This document shows, piece by piece, positions 59,345 to 64,000 of a DNA stretch of 64,000 nucleotides. The first letter of the stretch is position 1; every line of letters begins with the position of its first letter. Origin of the DNA: Trypanosoma brucei (lineage: Eukaryota); NCBI GenBank assembly GCA_000002445.1, contig CM000208.1, forward strand, positions 2,624,001-2,688,000. Reading direction: 5' to 3'. Below the pieces are notes generated by a model. It searched no databases and had not been told where the DNA came from. It saw only the letters and a list, made by a program, of their open reading frames with translations. The translations under genes were made by a program, and so were the position numbers.

Positions 59345-60094
59345 TCAGTTGTGGACTTGCACCCCCACCACTGCTGCTAATAGTCCCGGGATTGTTATTG
59401 CTCCACTGCTAACGGTGATAATTTTCCCCTTCACAGTCTTTCCGTTTAGTTGTTGAATACACTTTAGAACAGAATCAGGCGACCTGTAGAACACCATTGC
59501 CATGGTCTCATAACGGCTCAGATCGATTAACTCTCCAAACGGCGAAAATAATCGGGCTACCTGATCGTTAGTCATGTTAAAAGGAACGTTGTCTACCAAT
59601 GCTACGCTGGCCCGCGCGGGTGGCGTAAATGGATGGTGTCGAATTGCATTATTCCCTTTGTTACTTGTTCGCTCGCTGCCGCTACCTGGGCCTATCACGC
59701 TTGGGTGGCGTCGCCGGTTCCCTTCGCGTTTTCTTTCATTGAATGTGACGTCCCCTTTATCAGTCGCCCCGAAGGAAAAAATTTCCATTGCAGGATCAAT
59801 TAACATATTCTTTCCCATTTTGCGCATCCTTTGCTTAGCCTTTGGTTCTTCAATCTTTCGTACTAGCCCCGGAACGGCATCTATCCGCGAAGTGGCATCC
59901 CTAGCAGCCTCCTTGTCGCTAAACTTAATGAAAACGCTCGTCGTATTTTCTTTACCTTCTTTGGTTCGTAGAGAACCCACCGCCTCCACGCCAGGCCACT
60001 CGCGGACAACGGCTTCAATACGTTGAAAATCGTGCGTGGGGCAATATGCCAGCAGCACAGAAGGATCCACCATATATATATATATATGCGGCAC
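59345..60094 (-). CDS. RNA-binding protein with two RRM-like domains, about 240 aa. True start probably MVDPSV about 60071; the track start translates an (AT)n run.
   Basis: Two segments with RRM-like beta-alpha-beta patterns (SVFIKFSDKEAARDA...; LVDNVPFNMTNDQVARLFSPFGELIDLSRYETMAMVFYRS). Confidence 0.6.
   Translation of the reverse strand: MPHIYIYMVDPSVLLAYCPTHDFQRIEAVVREWPGVEAVGSLRTKEGKENTTSVFIKFSDKEAARDATSRIDAVPGLVRKIEEPKAKQRMRKMGKNMLIDPAMEIFSFGATDKGDVTFNERKREGNRRRHPSVIGPGSGSERTSNKGNNAIRHHPFTPPARASVALVDNVPFNMTNDQVARLFSPFGELIDLSRYETMAMVFYRSPDSVLKCIQQLNGKTVKGKIITVSSGAITIPGLLAAVVGVQVHN
60072..60087. repeat. (AT)8 microsatellite at the 5' end of the RRM gene
   Basis: Direct reading: atatatatatatatat. 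Confidence 0.9.
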
Positions 60095-60099
60095 TCCCT

Positions 60100-63000
60100 T
60101 AAGATGCGCAGTACGTGCGTTCGCGGGAAATAATAGGCTAGAATGCTGGTGGATTGTGTGTGCTACTGTCGTGTGTAATTTAAAAAAAAAGTATTAGTTA
60201 TATTACAAGGGGCATAATAACTTTAAAAGTACCAGCGAGGACCTGCTGCGGCTCTAAAAGGGGCAAATACAGACGCAGCACGAAATCAACGGGGCCTCAA
60301 AACCGAACATGGTCGTGCCAAGACACACTCATTCAACTGTATATCGCGGTTTGCGGCATCCATAGTGATGCGGCAAGAGCCCCCGCGCATATGAGAAATG
60401 TCAACTGGACAGAGCTCCGTCCACATAAAAGTTGGAGGGGATCACTGAGAAGCAAAATTGGAAGACAATCAAAAACATACTTAGCAATGGCAAGGACTTT
60501 CAACCGAGTCAGCATCAGTGCATATGCCACAAATGACGTTACGGTGTAAAAATCGATACGCTACACCCATTTTTTTTTTGAGCACGAAACAACGATGCGG
60601 CAGTAGACGTGTCGACAGCCCCCTCAGCGCAGACGCATCGGCTTTACCACGGCCCTCCGCCGTCACGAGTCGCCGGCAACAACACCAGTGGAAACCGCAT
60701 TAACAACACGAATTGGATAAGGAAGACAAAAAGATCGGGGTCTGAGGAGGCAGCAGGAAGCATTTGATGTCCTCCAGCGACCCTGAGAAGCTCCCGACGC
60801 TACAGGGAAAGGAGAATCGCAGTGGCCAGCCACACCGTTTACCAAACGTGAAAGCAGATGCCGGGGCTTTCAGCGCCGAGTTGCGTCAACGCCATCCACA
60901 AGCACCAATCCACTAGGCCTTGAAAGAAGTTTCCACACATGTCGGGGTCACAGTACCCGAAGCACACCAAGAATAAAGCACCAAAGCGGGAGGCGAACGT
61001 AGGAAGTGATAGACTAGGTGAAGTAAACGATCGAAGGCATGTAACGCAAACGCCCACAAAAGCAAACTGCCGGCCTGCGAGGGGATCTGCGCCACACACG
61101 TGCCTACAGACCAGCGCAGTGTCAGATCAGAGACCGGCTTAGGGGCAGTAGAACCCGACCCCTCCACAAGGAAGGAGCTACCGCACATCCGCCGCCACGT
61201 CTTCGGCAACGAGAGGGCTTCGTCCAGGAACTATGGGACGGGTTGCTGTGGCAGAAACGCTAAGGCGGAACAGACGGCTTCTATTGGATGTGAGTGAAAA
61301 CGAAGGGTCCTCATTTGTCTGCTCCACAACCCCTCAGCTGTATGTTATGCTTCGGTCGATGAGAAAGAGACGGGGTGGGCGCGATCCTACTTCAGAGCCA
61401 CCCGCTTCTCAAGGGCAACTGCAGCCCTTTAGGGGGGGGGGCCCAACACTCTACGCCACAGTTCCGACCCATTTTTCTGGTAACAAAGTAAGAGCACTAG
61501 GATCATTGATGTCGAAGGTCAGTATCAGGTTTCGTTCCCGAACAGCCCAATCGCCAGTGCAGGGGCTGACTTACCTTCAAAGATACGACCGTAGGAGAGA
61601 TGCAGTCTGACGCTGCGTTCCAAATCATTCTCCATCAATGACCTAACGGCCGATATATGTCGAAGGCACGGGGTGTCCCCACTTTTAATTCTATCACAAG
61701 ACGATGTGCCGTCAATAGAAAAGGGCCATGTGTTCCGCGTTTAGGTCAACCAAGCGTTGGGGAGGGCTGACCGAGCCGGCGAAGCCCCAGTTTCCATGAG
61801 TAGGTGAAGGATTTTCTCTTATCACCTACACTGACTCCTCAGACACACTGCACTAGCCACCAGACGACCGGAAAAGACACATTCCGCTAAGCTGGTAACC
61901 AAAACTTCCTGATTTAGGCTTTTTCGGACTAGCGCGACCATTTTTTTTTTTTCTAAAGGTGCTTCCTGTGAGCCTTTTAGATTTTCCAACTCTCGAAATC
62001 GACTAATACCAGCCAGTAAACAAGTCCAGAACAAACCTAGATTTGCTGAAGCTCTGCGCGGCACTGTTGTAAGTAAAAAAATGCAGGGGGGGACGCACAC
62101 CCACAACTAAGGGAACGCGGTATATTCGGTGTCTTGGTAGTCTCACATTATGCACTATCCAACTTCCTGGCAGCGCCACGTCGCGAGGACGCCACAGCCA
62201 TCTCTCAGCAAGTTGTCAGGGTTGGCCGTTGGAGTTCAAACCCAGGCACATAGGCGGCTCCTCCCGTAAGGGACCGGTTGACAATCCCCACTTTTCGTAA
62301 TGAAGTTAGAGGTGCTTCGGGTTCTAGTAGATTTATATAAGAAAATTCTTTGTTTTCATTGAGCTCCACAATTCTAAAGTAAAAACTACATCTGAGAAGA
62401 AAAGGTTTATCCTAAAAGTTTTTAGAAGAATATTTTCCCTTCATACCCATGAAAACCTCCTGCCACACGGGAAGGCATCAGTAAATGCATAAAACTTTTG
62501 CCATAGTTGTACGACATTCGGTGCTACCGGTAACTTGGTCGCATATTCCCAGAAACTTCAGCGGAATTAGCATACCACAGCACTGCAACAAGGTACTGCT
62601 CACGTTTGCCTAATGCAGTTGAATTTCCACACCAGAAACCATAGAAGAGAGGGAACAGTAATTGCTTTCGTCCATCACCCGGAGCTGATACTGAACCTGC
62701 GTTGCTCCTCATAAGGAGCCAGAACGAACCGCGTGGGAAACCTTCGAATTCTCACAGGAGACGAACCCAACAAACCGAAGCCACAAACCTATAGTGTGGG
62801 ACGTGCCGTGACGCCACAAGACAGACCATTCTAGGGATTATTTGTGTTGTCCACGTGAACTCAGGAGGGGTCTCGGATTCCAGCCATTTCAGGAGAGTTG
62901 CAGGTACAGGCTTCGCCGTTATCCGCGCCACCCGTGAAATTTCAGTTCATCAACGTGTGTCCGAACACTATGGAAGTCCCCATCCAGCACGACTTAGTTT

Positions 63001-64000
63001 GAGTGTGGGGGCAAAAGCGGTGTCAGAGGAATGACATGCTACACCCAAAGCAACGGTTTTACTCCCCGAGTAGCAAAAGTGTGTTTGAGGGGGTGGTTCA
63101 ACCTCTGGGTCATTCTTGTGTTTTTTCTTATTTGGTCTCATGGTGAAGTTTTGGTGTTTTTGTGGTTGCTTGATCATGTGCGACTACCGCTTATAATCAA
63201 TCAGACATTGTATCGGAAAAATATCACATTTCCCGTACTCTTCCAAAGATTTACTTTCCCTGCCGACGATCCTTGCATTTCATGGAGCCGGCCAGCACAA
63301 TATATCTCAAATGTCTTGGAACGCACGCCAACACCATTCTCTATTTTTTTTCCCACCAAAACGCGGCCTTGCGAGGCCGCTATTTTCCCCAGCCGGCTTT
63401 ATTTACCCTACTCAACTGCGTAGATGGTTGTGTTCTTTCCACGGTAAAAAGCGAGATCGAGCGGGAGAATGCTTTTTGCGCGTGTATACAGGCACGCATT
63501 TGCTTATTTTCTTAATGTTCGGACATATTTTAAATTCAGTGCTAATTAAATATACAACGCTTTCCCCTGTTCATTTTCCCGCTACCCAATGTTCTTGTTT
63601 CGTCTACCCTCGAGGAAAAGGATGTTTCCCCCCTCTAGTCCACACATGTCAAGACCAGGTTCTCCAGCGGGGGGATGTCACCCACGTTCTACCAAGTTCC
63701 TTCAACAATCAAATCAGGATTCTGCTTAACATTTCCGCTGTACACTCGGAGGGGGTGGAACACATCGTTCCGTAGTGCACAGCGCAGGGTTTGGCACAGT
63801 CGGGAGTATTTTTCATCGAAGGTATGGAAAGGCTTCGTGCCTCTGACGTGGTCCCTGAAAGACCATCGCTAACACCACCTCGGTATCAGAGGGGATGTGC
63901 TGAGGTTTAGTTCTTCATCCGTGCAGTGCCGAAAGGCCCCTATGGTCGCACGGTGATTCTCTTCGCAGTAGCGCTCACTACTAGTCGGAGTGTCCCCGAA
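60100..64000. other. ORF-poor region of about 3.9 kb at the upstream (right) end of the minus-strand gene array. It may be a transcription-start or strand-switch region, or a long spacer containing a degenerate element. It contains a G9 run at 61433-61441.
   Basis: No ORF longer than 154 aa on either strand. Several short overlapping ORFs in different frames. Composition differs from the coding array. No tRNA-like T-loop found by eye. Confidence 0.4.

Noticed and set aside
62140-62800. Possible tRNA genes (searched for GGTTCGAATCC-type T-loops and acceptor pairing, for example around 62220-62260 and 62740-62760)
   Set aside because: No segment forms a consistent cloverleaf (T-stem halves not complementary, no D-loop consensus). 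This cannot be excluded without tRNAscan-SE.
1-64000. Bacterial or phage interpretation (operons, defence islands)
   Set aside because: Several features argue for a eukaryotic kinetoplastid locus: eukaryote-specific gene content (ATG7, SET, NKAP, ZNFX1-like); 27 co-oriented genes with 0.3-2 kb spacers; pyrimidine-tract/AG signals instead of Shine-Dalgarno spacing; and giant low-complexity repeat proteins.

Overview
This 64 kb window reads as a nuclear chromosomal segment of a kinetoplastid, most likely a Trypanosoma-like trypanosomatid. The evidence is from the sequence alone: roughly 27 long, intronless ORFs all on the minus strand from about 0.3 to 60.1 kb; purine-rich tracts on the plus strand (pyrimidine tracts on the coding strand) just upstream of most ORF starts, as expected for trans-splicing signals; very AT-rich downstream flanks; (CA)n and (AT)n microsatellites; and G homopolymer runs. 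No rRNA, tRNA, CRISPR array or bacterial operon structure could be found.

Products recognisable from conserved motifs are: a class I CPD photolyase/cryptochrome; a SET-domain methyltransferase; an HD-domain phosphohydrolase; an NFU1 iron-sulfur scaffold protein; the E1-like enzyme ATG7; the RNA ligase RtcB; an NKAP (DUF926)-like protein; a WDR4/Trm82-like propeller protein; and a protein with two RRM domains.

The stand-out loci are:
- A roughly 7.3 kb gene for a giant protein carrying two different in-frame tandem repeat arrays: about 38 copies of a 57-nt (19-aa) unit, and about 40 copies of 84/87/99-nt (28/29/33-aa) units with a higher-order S-L-L periodicity. The array is frame-broken by two small indels near 10.1 kb.
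- An 1831-aa protein combining a P-loop NTPase core with NFX1-type zinc fingers (ZNFX1-like).
- A 1556-aa type I membrane glycoprotein with an apparent C-type lectin-like domain.
- A membrane protein with a GYxYGQPPPPQQ-repeat cytoplasmic tail.
- A 3.9 kb ORF-poor region at the right end, which may be the transcription-start or strand-switch side of the gene array.

The ORF-track start codons are often too far upstream, because the upstream pyrimidine tract or a microsatellite translates without stops. All family assignments are by eye from motifs, not from searches.
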